A DNA stretch of 64,000 bases from an uncultured Nitrospiraceae bacterium (GTDB lineage Bacteria > Nitrospirota > Nitrospiria > Nitrospirales > Nitrospiraceae): positions 1,152,001-1,216,000 of the forward strand of contig CAVSTP010000004.1 of the NCBI GenBank assembly GCA_963730935.1. The letters are read 5' to 3'. The position numbers and the translations under genes are program-made. This document shows positions 30,806-39,360 of this stretch, in pieces. The notes beneath the pieces were generated by a model. The model saw only the letters and a program-made list of their open reading frames with translations. It was not told the DNA's origin and did no database searches. How positions within the stretch are numbered: the first letter of the stretch is position 1; the number at the start of each line of letters is the position of its first letter.

Positions 30806-32206
30806 TTAAATAGACTGTCCATTGAGAAACACTGGAGTATACCCGACCCCCCGCCATTCGACTCCTGAGGCTGCCATTGTCGCCGGGTCAAAAATGCCTC
30901 GACCATCAACGAGGAGAGGGCGACGCATCCGTTTGGTAAATTCTCCGGGATGAATGGACCGATACTCAGGCCATGCGGTGACAATGCAACATGCATCACT
31001 GTCCTGAAGTGCCTCCATCCAACCGTCCACCAGCGACACACGCGAAAAATCTGGACGCCTCATTGCCAGAGGCATGGCGATAGGATCGTGGGCAACCACC
31101 GCGGCACCTTTTTGCAAGAGAGCTGCTATCAGCGGGAGTGCCGGTGACTCTCGCAGGTCATCGGTGCCGGGCTTGAATGCCAAACCAAGAACGGCGACGC
31201 GCTTCCCTGAAATACTCATTTCTTTCTCGAGAAGCGAGATCATCCGAAGTGGCTGTTCTTCATTGATTTGCAAGACGGCATCCAACATACGCGTCGATTC
31301 TTTGAGCGAACGACCAAACCCACGCAACGCCGCCACGTCTTTGGGAAAACAACTTCCGCCGAATCCCAACCCATGCCAAAGATACTCGGTGACCCCGGCG
31401 GGTCCACCTGACCGACCGTCTATCGGTGTTAATCGCCTGTCAAGATGCACCCCCCTCCAGACTTCACGTGCGTCCACGCCAGGTATTCCCGAACATAAAT
31501 TACCTATTTCATTGGAAAATGAAATCATGGTGGCAAGCAGGGAATTTGACACGTACTTGATCATCTCCGCGGTTCGTGGGGACGTAACGACTCTCGGGCA
31601 GTTAAAACTCGAATATATCTGTAGAAATACGTCTGCGGCTTTCTTGTCCGTCGCACCGATCACAACACGATCTGGAGATCGAAAATCCTCCACAGCTTTC
31701 CCTTCTCTCAAGAACTCCGGATTCATACAGAGGCCCCACCCGTCACCCACCTTCTTGCTCGATCTCCGTTCGATCGCTTCCTTCACGGGGCCTTCCGTGG
31801 TTCCCGGAAGGACAGTGCTCTTCACCGCAACCACATGGTACTCCCGTTTACTGGCCAATGCGTCCCCAATTGCCTCTGCAGCTGCAATGATTTGTGAAAG
31901 ATCCGTTTGTCCGTTCACAGTCGGTGTGCCCACGCATATCAAGGTCACTTCCGATCCATGAATGGCGCTGTGCGTGTCTGTGGTCGCAATCAGCTTTCCG
32001 TTTTGCCGAACAGTCCTCAGCAAATCATCTAGACCACGCTCGTGGATTGGTGGTCGACCTGCATTGATTTCATGGACCACTTCCGGCCGGACGTCTACAC
32101 AGGTAACGCTGTAACCTCGTTCGGCGAGGCACGCTCCAGAGACAAGACCGACATATCCTGTTCCGATGACCGAAATTTTCACTTTCACCTCATGAGGACT
32201 GTTCAA
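30806..32206 (-). CDS. ugd: UDP-glucose/GDP-mannose dehydrogenase family protein
   Basis: GTGYVGL, CVGTP, KSTV.PGT, NPEFLREG, GFGGSCFPKD, FKPGTDDLRESP. Confidence 0.92.
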   Translation of the reverse strand: MNSPHEVKVKISVIGTGYVGLVSGACLAERGYSVTCVDVRPEVVHEINAGRPPIHERGLDDLLRTVRQNGKLIATTDTHSAIHGSEVTLICVGTPTVNGQTDLSQIIAAAEAIGDALASKREYHVVAVKSTVLPGTTEGPVKEAIERRSSKKVGDGWGLCMNPEFLREGKAVEDFRSPDRVVIGATDKKAADVFLQIYSSFNCPRVVTSPRTAEMIKYVSNSLLATMISFSNEIGNLCSGIPGVDAREVWRGVHLDRRLTPIDGRSGGPAGVTEYLWHGLGFGGSCFPKDVAALRGFGRSLKESTRMLDAVLQINEEQPLRMISLLEKEMSISGKRVAVLGLAFKPGTDDLRESPALPLIAALLQKGAAVVAHDPIAMPLAMRRPDFSRVSLVDGWMEALQDSDACCIVTAWPEYRSIHPGEFTKRMRRPLLVDGRGIFDPATMAASGVEWRGVGYTPVFLNGQSI

Positions 32207-33338
32207 CGACTTCTTCCGTTAACAATTCTTCCAACTCCACGAATCTTTTATACCACTCGAGCAAGCGCTTGAGCCCAGACTCTAACTCTACCTGCGGGGC
32301 GTATCCCAGTAAAGTCCGGGCCTTTTCGAGATTCGGACAACGTCGGTTCGGATTGTCCGTTAGATAATCCACTTCATCGCTTGGTTTGTGAATGACCTGT
32401 CCGCGACTGCCTGCAGTCCTGAGCAACATCCCGGCAAGCTCTCGCATGGAGACCTCAGGCGATTCCGATCCAATATTGAACGGCTCTGCATGATATGGAG
32501 ACAACAACACGAGCAGATAGCCTGTCAGGGCGTCGGAGATGTAGCAGAAAGTGCGGGTGGGGCTCCCGTCCGAACGCAGAATAATGTCGCGATCAGCGAG
32601 TATGTCTCGGCAAAAATCCGGAAGCACTCGACCATCGGCGAGCCGAAGGCCAGGGCCGTAATTGTTAAAAGGTCTGACAATTTTGGCAGGCACTTCATGC
32701 TGTTTGGCATACAGGTAACAAAGCGTCTCACCCAAGCGCTTGGATTCGTCATAGCAGGCCCGAGGACCGATACAAGCCACGTTTCCTCTAAACTGTTCAC
32801 GAGTGGGAATTTCCTCTGCGGGCGGATCACCGTAGATCTCGCTAGAACTGAAATAGAGTATGCTCTCGCTTCTGTGGGATCTGGCAAGATCCAGCATGTG
32901 GCGCAACCCTGAGACATTCGTATCAAGTGTCTCGAGGGGATACCGCCGATATACTTTCGGGCTGGCTATCGAGGCAGCATGGATGATGAAATCAAAAGAG
33001 CCTTCGCTGTTATGTTGCCATGGCTTGGTGATGTCTTGCCTTACCAACTTCACATGCGGATTAGCATTCGTCAGTTCCGTCAGCCATCGAGGACACCCTC
33101 GAATATAGTTGTCAGCGGCCACAATGGATACGCAGCCTCGGCTGGAGAATCTACGATCGAGATAGGAGAAAAAATGAAGGAAACCAAAACCTAAGAAACC
33201 AGCCGCACCAGTAATCAGTATTCGCTTCCCGCGGAACGCCTCTACACGCTCACCAAGCGTCTCCGTTATCCGCCCCCAATCTTCATCCAACCAATCTTGC
33301 GCCACCGAATATAAGGATGTACCGGTATTCATATGCAC
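32190..33338 (-). CDS. UDP-glucuronate decarboxylase (UXS)-like SDR
   Basis: TGAAGFLG, H.ASIASP..Y...P, SSSEIYGDP, GPRACYDESKR, DGRV, TRTFCYISD. Confidence 0.85.
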   Translation of the reverse strand: MHMNTGTSLYSVAQDWLDEDWGRITETLGERVEAFRGKRILITGAAGFLGFGFLHFFSYLDRRFSSRGCVSIVAADNYIRGCPRWLTELTNANPHVKLVRQDITKPWQHNSEGSFDFIIHAASIASPKVYRRYPLETLDTNVSGLRHMLDLARSHRSESILYFSSSEIYGDPPAEEIPTREQFRGNVACIGPRACYDESKRLGETLCYLYAKQHEVPAKIVRPFNNYGPGLRLADGRVLPDFCRDILADRDIILRSDGSPTRTFCYISDALTGYLLVLLSPYHAEPFNIGSESPEVSMRELAGMLLRTAGSRGQVIHKPSDEVDYLTDNPNRRCPNLEKARTLLGYAPQVELESGLKRLLEWYKRFVELEELLTEEVVEQSS

Positions 33339-33365
33339 AACTTCCTCCGACGATAATCGATCCGC

Positions 33366-34163
33366 CTAAACTTCGTGCCGTCCGAATAATCGCACTGCTC
33401 GAGCAAGATCCTCAACCGTTCCGATGTCAATATAAGGATGATCGGATACTCGTACTGAATCGACGTGAAGTCCTTTGTTTATAGCACTCTGGATAACATC
33501 TCCTATAAATATTTCCTTTTGCCCTGCCGAGGAAGATCCAGAGAGTGCAGCGGTGGCATGCAAAAAATCACTGAACGTTGAATTCCAGACCGCAACTCCC
33601 CATGTGTACTGCAAGTGTGTATGGCGTGGCTTGATAGTTAATGACTTCACTCGTCCCATCTTATCCACTTCCACCATGTCTACTTTTTCTGGCTTGTCGG
33701 CAGGGAACAGTCCGAGAACCACATCCGCAGATGTGGCGACCTGTCGATTCAGAACATGCACAAAAGCATCTCGAGCATCAAAGAGGATGTCTCCGAAACC
33801 CAGGGCAATTCGCGCGCCCCTGACAAAGGGATAGGCTTGATCAAGGGTATAGGGCACATTTGGAGTTCTTTCCACGACGAGATAACCAAGATGCATATCG
33901 AGAAGGGAACCATTTCCAAAATAGGATGGAATATCCCATTTGTCTCTGCGGATCACGATGTACGCATTTTCAATTCCTGCCCACCGCATTCTCTCGAGCA
34001 CATAATGGCACGCCGTTTTCGGCCTTAACTGACCGTCAAGACTCTGCTGGAAAAATCCGACCGGCAGGAGTTCTTTGCTACATGGAATCGGCATGATCCT
34101 GGTTGCCTGCCCTCCGGCAGGAATCAGTCCGACCAAAGGAGGGGCCTCTACCAAACCTTCCAT
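33366..34163 (-). CDS. Sugar-1-phosphate nucleotidyltransferase (RmlA-like, short)
   Basis: GLIPAGGQATRI.P...SKELLPVG, YIDIGT. Confidence 0.85.
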   Translation of the reverse strand: MEGLVEAPPLVGLIPAGGQATRIMPIPCSKELLPVGFFQQSLDGQLRPKTACHYVLERMRWAGIENAYIVIRRDKWDIPSYFGNGSLLDMHLGYLVVERTPNVPYTLDQAYPFVRGARIALGFGDILFDARDAFVHVLNRQVATSADVVLGLFPADKPEKVDMVEVDKMGRVKSLTIKPRHTHLQYTWGVAVWNSTFSDFLHATAALSGSSSAGQKEIFIGDVIQSAINKGLHVDSVRVSDHPYIDIGTVEDLARAVRLFGRHEV

Positions 34164-34921
34164 GGTGCCTTACCAGACTGCCATAGGTCCTCCAAGTATG
34201 CTTTCTCTTTCAAGGTATCCATACAAGACCAAAAACGCTCATGTCGGTACCCGATCAACTGACGCTCGAGTGTCAGACGCTCTATTGGTCCCTTTTCCCA
34301 CGCTATGTCGTCATCTTCAACGTAATCAATCGTTTCATTCTGCAGGACATAAAAGCCACCATTGATCCACCCTTCTTCGCCATGCGGCTTTTCCTTGAAA
34401 TCCACGATGTGCTCGGCATCGAACACCAACCGTCCGAATCTTGCCGGTGGCAAAACCGACGTTACCGTGGCTAACTTCCCGTGCGCCTTATGAAACTTAA
34501 TAGTGGCTTCGATATCAACGTCGGCTACGCCGTCACCATACGTGAACAAGAACGTTTCATCATGCTCCAGCCATTTTTTCAGCCGCCTCAAGCGACCGCC
34601 AGTCTGTGTGTGCAGACCGGTATCCACAAGGTGCACCGTCCAATCCTCATGCTTCTTTCCGTTGTGAATCGTCGTTTTGCCGGTGCCGAGATCGACGGAT
34701 ATATCCTTGTTGAAGGCATAGAAATTCAGAAAGTACTCTTTGATCATTTCTCCCTTGTAACCAAGTGCGATGATGAACTCCTTAATGCCATGGGCGGCAT
34801 AAATTTTCATAATGTGCCACAAGATCGGCTTTCCGCCGATCTCGACCATCGGTTTTGGGCGAAGATGAGTCTCCTCTGAAAGACGCGTCCCCATGCCTCC
34901 CGCAAGAATCACAGCCTTCAT
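34148..34921 (-). CDS. rfbF: Glucose-1-phosphate cytidylyltransferase
   Basis: MKAVILAGG.GTRLSEET..RPKPMVEIGGKPILWHIMK, TGGRL, TYGDGVAD, WINGGF, CMDT, APWKVW. Confidence 0.95.
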   Translation of the reverse strand: MKAVILAGGMGTRLSEETHLRPKPMVEIGGKPILWHIMKIYAAHGIKEFIIALGYKGEMIKEYFLNFYAFNKDISVDLGTGKTTIHNGKKHEDWTVHLVDTGLHTQTGGRLRRLKKWLEHDETFLFTYGDGVADVDIEATIKFHKAHGKLATVTSVLPPARFGRLVFDAEHIVDFKEKPHGEEGWINGGFYVLQNETIDYVEDDDIAWEKGPIERLTLERQLIGYRHERFWSCMDTLKEKAYLEDLWQSGKAPWKVW

Positions 34922-34991
34922 GGTTGGTTCCTTTGATGTCAATATGGGGTTTGGTACAAAACACCGACCAGCCAACTCTGCTTCCTAGATG

Positions 34992-35366
34992 TCAAAATAG
35001 GAATTTCAATCCGACGAAATACGCACCATCATTCCTCGAACTTCCGAACGGAAGCTTGCGTGTCCACCGGACCTCCGCAAGCGTCGGAGTGCCGGCCGAG
35101 TTTGTCGGCGTTGGCACGAGAACTTTGAGCACCTGCTCAACTTCTGGAGCATGGTCCATGAGCACTAACATCCCCCCACTGCTGATGTTGAGAGACAACG
35201 CCTTCCCGCTGTTCGCCGCATTCGAGGGATCGTCTACTTGGGTCGTCATCTCGAACGGTACCGGTCTCAATAAAGGCACGCGTTCTCGGTGGTTTTGAAG
35301 ATGGGTCGAGATCGGCCATTCCCACTCGGTCTGTGTCACAACTTCCCCCCTGTTAGTCCTGTTCAA
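34992..35366 (-). CDS. Stand-alone PilZ-domain protein
   Basis: RERVP...LNISSGGML...AEVRWTR...VGLKF. Confidence 0.8.
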   Translation of the reverse strand: MNRTNRGEVVTQTEWEWPISTHLQNHRERVPLLRPVPFEMTTQVDDPSNAANSGKALSLNISSGGMLVLMDHAPEVEQVLKVLVPTPTNSAGTPTLAEVRWTRKLPFGSSRNDGAYFVGLKFLF

Positions 35367-35458
35367 TGCGCTGTCACCCGGTGACCAAGCCCCTCTTCCT
35401 GATCAGCTCTTCACAACCAAGGTCGTTTGGACTTGAAGGGTGATGTCCTACACGGGCC

Positions 35459-35488
35459 AGTATAGGGATGCCTTGAAAGACCCGACAA
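35459..35488 (-). promoter_or_regulatory. Candidate sigma70 promoter for the pilZ-rfbF operon
   Basis: TTGTCG-N18-TATACT on the minus strand. Confidence 0.4.
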
Positions 35489-35525
35489 TACCGATGACGT
35501 AGGTCTGCATCACAAAAGGAGGGTG

Positions 35526-35554
35526 TTGACTCCCTCTAAAGTGTTAGATAGAAT
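35526..35554 (+). promoter_or_regulatory. Sigma70 promoter for the LuxR gene
   Basis: TTGACT-N17-TAGAAT, about 78 nt upstream of ATG 35632. Confidence 0.65.
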
Positions 35555-35631
35555 CCTCCAGTCTGTCTAAACATTGAAGCCAGTTTAGTGTTCTCTCCGT
35601 AACGCGTTACATTTAAGACTTCCCACCGAGC

Positions 35632-36240
35632 ATGAGCGATCCATTACCTGTTCCTGACCCAGCCGAAACGCTTGCCGACCAACGGGCGGGACCAGGAATC
35701 GTCGTTCTTTCGGCTTCCATGCAATTGCTTCACATGAATCGTCAGGCCTCGGAGCTGTCTAAACAAATCAATGTGGCCGAGCATGGGGGCGGCAGCTCCC
35801 GAGCGGCCCACGGCGTGCTTCCAACGGCCCTGACCGAGCTTTGCGGGGAGATCGTCAAAGCACTGCATATCCGTACCGAAGCGAAGGATTGGGAACAATT
35901 TGAGATCAAGCGTGTTGCCGGTAATCCCGAACAACCCGTCCTCCTTAGGGGATTTGGCTTGCCGGACCGGGGGGGCGTGCAATTTGCCAGGTTGGTGGTG
36001 ACCCTCGAAGAACTAGGTCGCCGGCAGCAGCTGAATACCGACCAAGCCAAGGAAAAGTTTTCGCTCACCAACCGTGAACAATCGGTAGTCGAGCACCTGG
36101 CTAAGGGCTGGACAAACAAGGAAATTGCTAATGCGCTTCAAATCACCGAGCAGACGGTCAAAGAACACATTAAACACATCATGCGGAAGACCAACGCAAC
36201 TACCAGGACAGGTATCCTGGTTCAAATTTTTAATTCCTAG
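35632..36240 (+). CDS. LuxR-HTH transcriptional regulator with PAS-like N-terminus
   Basis: GIVVLS..MQLLHMN..A; LTNREQSV...LAKGWTNKEIA..LQITEQTVKEH. Confidence 0.88.
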   Translation: MSDPLPVPDPAETLADQRAGPGIVVLSASMQLLHMNRQASELSKQINVAEHGGGSSRAAHGVLPTALTELCGEIVKALHIRTEAKDWEQFEIKRVAGNPEQPVLLRGFGLPDRGGVQFARLVVTLEELGRRQQLNTDQAKEKFSLTNREQSVVEHLAKGWTNKEIANALQITEQTVKEHIKHIMRKTNATTRTGILVQIFNS

Positions 36241-36241
36241 T

Positions 36242-36269
36242 CCATTTCACACACCATTTCCCACACCAT
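36242..36269 (+). repeat. 12-bp imperfect tandem repeat (about 2.3 copies)
   Basis: CCATTTCACACA CCATTTCCCACA CCAT. Confidence 0.7.
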
Positions 36270-36331
36270 AGTCTGAAAAATGCAATAGTGCGGTATTTGC
36301 CACACAATGGTCTGTCATTGTTATCTTTATT

Positions 36332-36373
36332 TTTCAACAACTTATGCTTAAATCTGATGGCCCACTGATTGCA
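36332..36373 (+). promoter_or_regulatory. Candidate IHF site plus sigma54 promoter
   Basis: TTTCAACAACTTA (IHF WATCAANNNNTTR, 1 mismatch) at 36332-36344; TGGCCCACTGATTGCA with GG-N10-GC spacing at 36358-36373. Confidence 0.55.
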
Positions 36374-36388
36374 GTTCTGAAAGGCAGA

Positions 36389-36880
36389 ATGAGAACGAAC
36401 CAACTATTACTCGTAAGCCTGGCGTTGCTATCGATCGGTTGCCAGTCCGGACAGCCGGTCAAACAGGCCGCCGCCGACAATGGCAGCTTTATGGGGCTTT
36501 GGTCGGTTTATTCGCACTGCCAAAACGCCAAGGATTTTGAGGAATTAAAGCATGATGCCGGCGTGCTCAGCACATCGGCGAAGCGGACGGTCTCAGGTAA
36601 TGGTTTCGTGCTTCCACTGCCTGGAAAACTCGAGCGACTAGTCACGACACCATCTGCCCGACTTGCCGTTGATGTGAAGGCCATGTCGGCAGCATGTTCC
36701 TTACGTGCCGGACAAGCTGCGGTGGAAGCTCGTCGGTTTGAGGTAGCAAGAGAACTTCTGCACGGAATACTTGAGTACTACCCCCAGGCAGATTACGCCT
36801 TTTACACCACTCAAGCCAAGGCCCTCTTGTCAGAGATAGAGTCTGAGAAGCTTCAGGTTTCGTCCCTGAACCTTCGCTGA
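36389..36880 (+). CDS. Hypothetical lipoprotein
   Basis: MRTNQLLLVSLALLSIGC lipobox; helical C-terminus. Confidence 0.75.
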   Translation: MRTNQLLLVSLALLSIGCQSGQPVKQAAADNGSFMGLWSVYSHCQNAKDFEELKHDAGVLSTSAKRTVSGNGFVLPLPGKLERLVTTPSARLAVDVKAMSAACSLRAGQAAVEARRFEVARELLHGILEYYPQADYAFYTTQAKALLSEIESEKLQVSSLNLR

Positions 36881-36911
36881 TCAGTTCCTCCCCTGCTCCA
36901 GGTCATCCCAA

Positions 36912-37064
36912 TTAGAACAACGTGTATACGAATGGCGCAACGGCGGATCCTTGCGTCAATACGATAAGCGTCCCCAGCATGAGCAGCACGAGTATAATAG
37001 GCAACAGCCAAAATTTTTTCCGTTCCTTCATGAAGGCCCACAATTCCATGACAAACTCGCCCAT
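36912..37064 (-). CDS. DUF5989 / SxtK-like small membrane protein (50 aa)
   Basis: MGEFVMELWAFMKERKKFWLLP...GSAVAPFVYTLF with GGAGGTGA RBS. Confidence 0.88.
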   Translation of the reverse strand: MGEFVMELWAFMKERKKFWLLPIILVLLMLGTLIVLTQGSAVAPFVYTLF

Positions 37065-37090
37065 AGTCACCTCCGATGTGAAAAACCGAT

Positions 37091-37486
37091 CTAAAACTGA
37101 AATTTCATGTGGGAGCGCGGTCGAGGCTGTCGATCTACACGATATGTTGAACTGGTATCCGAAAACGTTTGCCGCATCGTGTCTTTGCCCAACATCCGGA
37201 AGACGATGCCAATGGGGGTGATGAGTCCGTAAAAGATCACGCCAAGAATGATTCTGGTATTGATCCAACCGAGCACGTGTCCGACCCACATCCAGCCTCG
37301 GTGAATCGGAGCCAGCCAGGTTGGGACGAAACTTCCCAATAGGATGAGCAGACCTCCAGTAATCAGGGCCCAAAAACGAAGTGGTTCTCCTCGCAGCAAC
37401 ATTGGCCAAAGACCGATGACGCTGAACACTCCCCCCACCAGTAGACCGAAATGACGCAACTCCTTGGTTTGAGATCTCTGATCCAC
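37091..37486 (-). CDS. SxtJ-family membrane protein
   Basis: ELRHFGLLVG, L.P....WM..G..LGWINTRIILG..FY...TPIG, MKFQF. Confidence 0.88.
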   Translation of the reverse strand: MDQRSQTKELRHFGLLVGGVFSVIGLWPMLLRGEPLRFWALITGGLLILLGSFVPTWLAPIHRGWMWVGHVLGWINTRIILGVIFYGLITPIGIVFRMLGKDTMRQTFSDTSSTYRVDRQPRPRSHMKFQF

Positions 37487-37500
37487 TTTTCCTCCCCCTA

Positions 37501-39345
37501 TTAATCAAGAGCGAATTCGCTCTTCCAGTCAGAATCGTTCTCCAGAGGCTTTTGCTCTTCCTTGAATAGAACAAAGTTCTCGAGGACTAACACATCCATC
37601 TCCGTCCGCATGAAACAACGATAGGCATCCTCCGGCGTACACACGATCGGCTCACCGCGGACGTTAAACGACGTGTTCACAAGAACCGCGCAGCCCGTCT
37701 TCCTCTCAAACGCCGAGAGCAGATTATGATATCGAGGATTGGTGTCTTCATGGACCGTTTGTACTCTTGCAGAGTAATCAATATGCGTGATTGCCGGAAC
37801 ATCGGATCGAGGAATGTTGAGTAGGTCAATCCCCCATAACGCTTCATGTTTGGGGTCGAATGGCAGCCGCCGCTTCTCAACCACAGGAGCAACCAGCAAC
37901 ATATAGGGGCTGTTGCAGTTCATTTGAAAGTATTCTGAAACCTTCTCACGGAGCACGGACGGTGCAAATGGTCGAAACGACTCCCGATACTTTATTTTGA
38001 GATTCATGACCGACTGCATTTTCGTATTCCGTGCGTCTCCCAAAATGCTGCGGCCTCCAAGCGAGCGGGGACCAAACTCCATTCTGCCTTGGAGCCATCC
38101 AATCACTTTTCCTTCCGCCAAGTACTCGGCGGTGGAATCAATGAGCTTTTCATCATCTAACTGGTGATACACCGCACCGAGTTTTCTCAGTCTGGATTCG
38201 ACATCGTCATTCGAATGTCGGGGACCGAGATAGCTGCCATTCATCTTATCGTGGACATTGTCCGCCGTCCGTGGCTGGTTTTCATATTGATACCAGGCGC
38301 TGAGGGCCGCGCCCACGGCTCCTCCAGCATCTCCGGCCGCCGGCTGGATCCAGATGCCTTTGAATGGTCCCTCGCGAAGGATTCGTCCGTTCCCCACACA
38401 ATTGAGTGCCACGCCGCCGGCCAAACATAAATATTCCGCTCCGGTCTCACGATGCATGGTTCGAGACAACCGCAGCATGACCTCTTCGGTCACTTCCTGA
38501 ATCGACCGAGCCAAATCCATTTCTCGCTGCCCTAATTTCGATTCCGGCTTGCGGGGAGGGCCCCCGAAAAGGTCATCGAATCTCGAGCTCGTCATCGTCA
38601 ACCCGGTACAGTAGTTGAAAAACTCCATGTTCATCCTGAACGTCCCGTCGGGCTTCAAATCCAAGAGATGATCATAGATGCCCTTCACATATTTCGGCTG
38701 TCCATAGGGAGCAAGACCCATGACCTTGTATTCACCTGAATTGACCTTGAATCCCGTGTAGTACGTGAAGGCAGAGTACAAGAGTCCGATCGAATGAGGA
38801 AATGGAATGTCCCAAAGAGGGGTCAGATTGTTGCCTTCGCCGAGCCAAGCGGACGTCGTCGCCCATTCTCCAACGCCATCCATACACAAGACTGCGGCCT
38901 TCTGGTAGGGGGAGGGGAAAAAAGCAGATGCCGCGTGAGATTCATGGTGTTCGCCGAACAGGAACTGCGGCACGTCCGTTTTGTTCAGAGCATGATCGCA
39001 AGCCAAAATCTCTTTGCGAAGAAGGTTTCGCAGTAACAGTTTCTCTTTTAACCACACGGGCATGGCTGCAAGAAAGGACTGGAGGCCTCGCGGCGCAAAT
39101 CCGACGTAGGTTTCAAGAAGCCGCTCGAATTTGACCAGCGGCTTGTCATAAAACACAATGTATTGAAGATCTTTGATCCCGATCCGTCCTTCGTTCATAC
39201 AATACTCAACCGCACGATGAGGAAATCCTGGATCATGCTTCTTTCGTGTGAATCGTTCTTCCTGTGCCGCCGCGATGATCTCGCCGTCGCGCACGAGGCA
39301 GGCGGCGCTGTCATGGTAGAAGGCAGAGATGCCGAGAATATGCAC
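37501..39345 (-). CDS. O-carbamoyltransferase (NodU/CmcH/TobZ/SxtI family)
   Basis: ILGISAFYHDSAA, QEERFTRKKHD, HHESHAASAF, DGVGEW, GEYKVMGLAPYG, GGVALNCV.NG, KYRESFRPFAP, NTSFNVRGEPIV. Confidence 0.95.
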   Translation of the reverse strand: MHILGISAFYHDSAACLVRDGEIIAAAQEERFTRKKHDPGFPHRAVEYCMNEGRIGIKDLQYIVFYDKPLVKFERLLETYVGFAPRGLQSFLAAMPVWLKEKLLLRNLLRKEILACDHALNKTDVPQFLFGEHHESHAASAFFPSPYQKAAVLCMDGVGEWATTSAWLGEGNNLTPLWDIPFPHSIGLLYSAFTYYTGFKVNSGEYKVMGLAPYGQPKYVKGIYDHLLDLKPDGTFRMNMEFFNYCTGLTMTSSRFDDLFGGPPRKPESKLGQREMDLARSIQEVTEEVMLRLSRTMHRETGAEYLCLAGGVALNCVGNGRILREGPFKGIWIQPAAGDAGGAVGAALSAWYQYENQPRTADNVHDKMNGSYLGPRHSNDDVESRLRKLGAVYHQLDDEKLIDSTAEYLAEGKVIGWLQGRMEFGPRSLGGRSILGDARNTKMQSVMNLKIKYRESFRPFAPSVLREKVSEYFQMNCNSPYMLLVAPVVEKRRLPFDPKHEALWGIDLLNIPRSDVPAITHIDYSARVQTVHEDTNPRYHNLLSAFERKTGCAVLVNTSFNVRGEPIVCTPEDAYRCFMRTEMDVLVLENFVLFKEEQKPLENDSDWKSEFALD

Positions 39346-39360
39346 GCTGTATCCTCCCCG

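Noticed and set aside
36912..37574. 220-aa ORF overlapping sxtJ
   Set aside because: Only the last 50 codons, which have their own RBS, are the SxtK-like gene. The rest is off-frame overlap.
37501..39345. Saxitoxin biosynthesis cluster
   Set aside because: No sxtA, sxtG or other core genes are in the window, and the trio is widespread outside toxin producers.
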